Source: the human T2T-CHM13v2.0 reference genome, Homo sapiens
NCBI RefSeq assembly: GCF_009914755.1
Contig: NC_060932.1
Reading direction: 5' to 3' (one strand)
Length of the DNA: 64,000 bases
Each line of letters begins with the position of its first letter. Position 1 is the first letter of the stretch. Shown piece after piece: positions 63,082 through 64,000 of the stretch. The notes below the pieces were generated by a model. That model did not search any database and was not told where the DNA came from. It worked only from the letters and a program-made list of their open reading frames with translations. A program made the position numbers and the translations under genes.

Positions 63082-64000
63082 CTACCAAACCAAAAATGCC
63101 CAAGACCAGATAGACTCACAGCTAAATTCTACCACAGGTACAAAGAATAGCTGGTACCATTTCTACTGAAAATATTCCAAAAAATTGAAAAGTGGGGACT
63201 ACTCTCTAACTCATTTTATGAGGCCAGTGTCATCCTGGTACCAAAACCTGGCAGAGACATAACAACAACAACAAAAACTTCAGGCCAATATTCTTGAAAT
63301 ACTGGCAAACTGAATCCAGCAGCACATAAAAAGTTTATTCACCACAATCTAGTAGGCCTCATCCCTGGAATGCAAGGTAGGTTCAACTTATGCAAATCAA
63401 TAAATGTGATTTATTACATAAACAGAACTAAAGACAAAAACCACATGATTATCTCAATACATGCAGAAAAGGCCTTCAATAAAATTCAACATCCCTTCAT
63501 GTTAAAAAGTCCCAATAAAATAGGTTTTGAAGAAACATACCACAAAATAATAAGAGCCATATATGACAAACCCACAGCCCATATCATACTGAATAGGCAA
63601 AAGCTGAAAGTTTTCCCCTTGAAAAGTGGCACAAGACAAGAATGTCCTCTCTCACCACTCCTATTCAACATAGTATTGGAAGTTCTGGCCAGAGCAATCA
63701 GACAAGAGAAAGAAACAAAGCATATTCAAATAGAAAGAGAGGAAGTCAAACTATCTTTGCTTGCAGATGACATGATTCTATATCTAGAAAATTCCAGTAT
63801 CTCAGACCAAATGCTTCTGAGGCTGATAAGCAACTTCAGCAAAGTCTCAGGAAACAAAATCTATGTGCAAAAAATGCTAGCATTTCTCTACACCAACAAC
63901 AGACAAGCCAAGAGCCAAATCATGAATGAACTCCCATTCACAGTTGCTACAAAAAGAATAAAATACGTAGGAATACAGCTAACAAGGGAAGTGAAGTACC

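Overview
This is AT-rich primate genomic DNA, almost certainly human because it carries an AluYb8-type element. It consists mostly of transposable-element remnants: L1 of many ages, Alu, Tigger/Charlie/mariner DNA transposons, ERV/MaLR solo LTRs and MIR. No host protein-coding gene could be identified with confidence, and the long ORFs all derive from L1 or its antisense frames. The main finding is a pair of full-length young L1s in inverted, head-to-head orientation (29600-35626 minus; 41646-48098 plus) around a 6-kb spacer. They have different TSDs and different subfamily architecture (a 129-bp 5'UTR segment is present in one only), yet share a patchwork of non-consensus mutations including the same ORF2 frameshift. 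This suggests repeated arm-to-arm gene conversion and a possible invertible spacer. The window also holds two L1 3' transductions (59 bp; about 1.55 kb with a twin-priming inversion), an intact and an extended ORF0, a tail-less Alu, a foreign insert inside an AluY, and several nested TE stacks. Subfamily names come from my recall of consensus sequences, and the boundaries of old elements are approximate.
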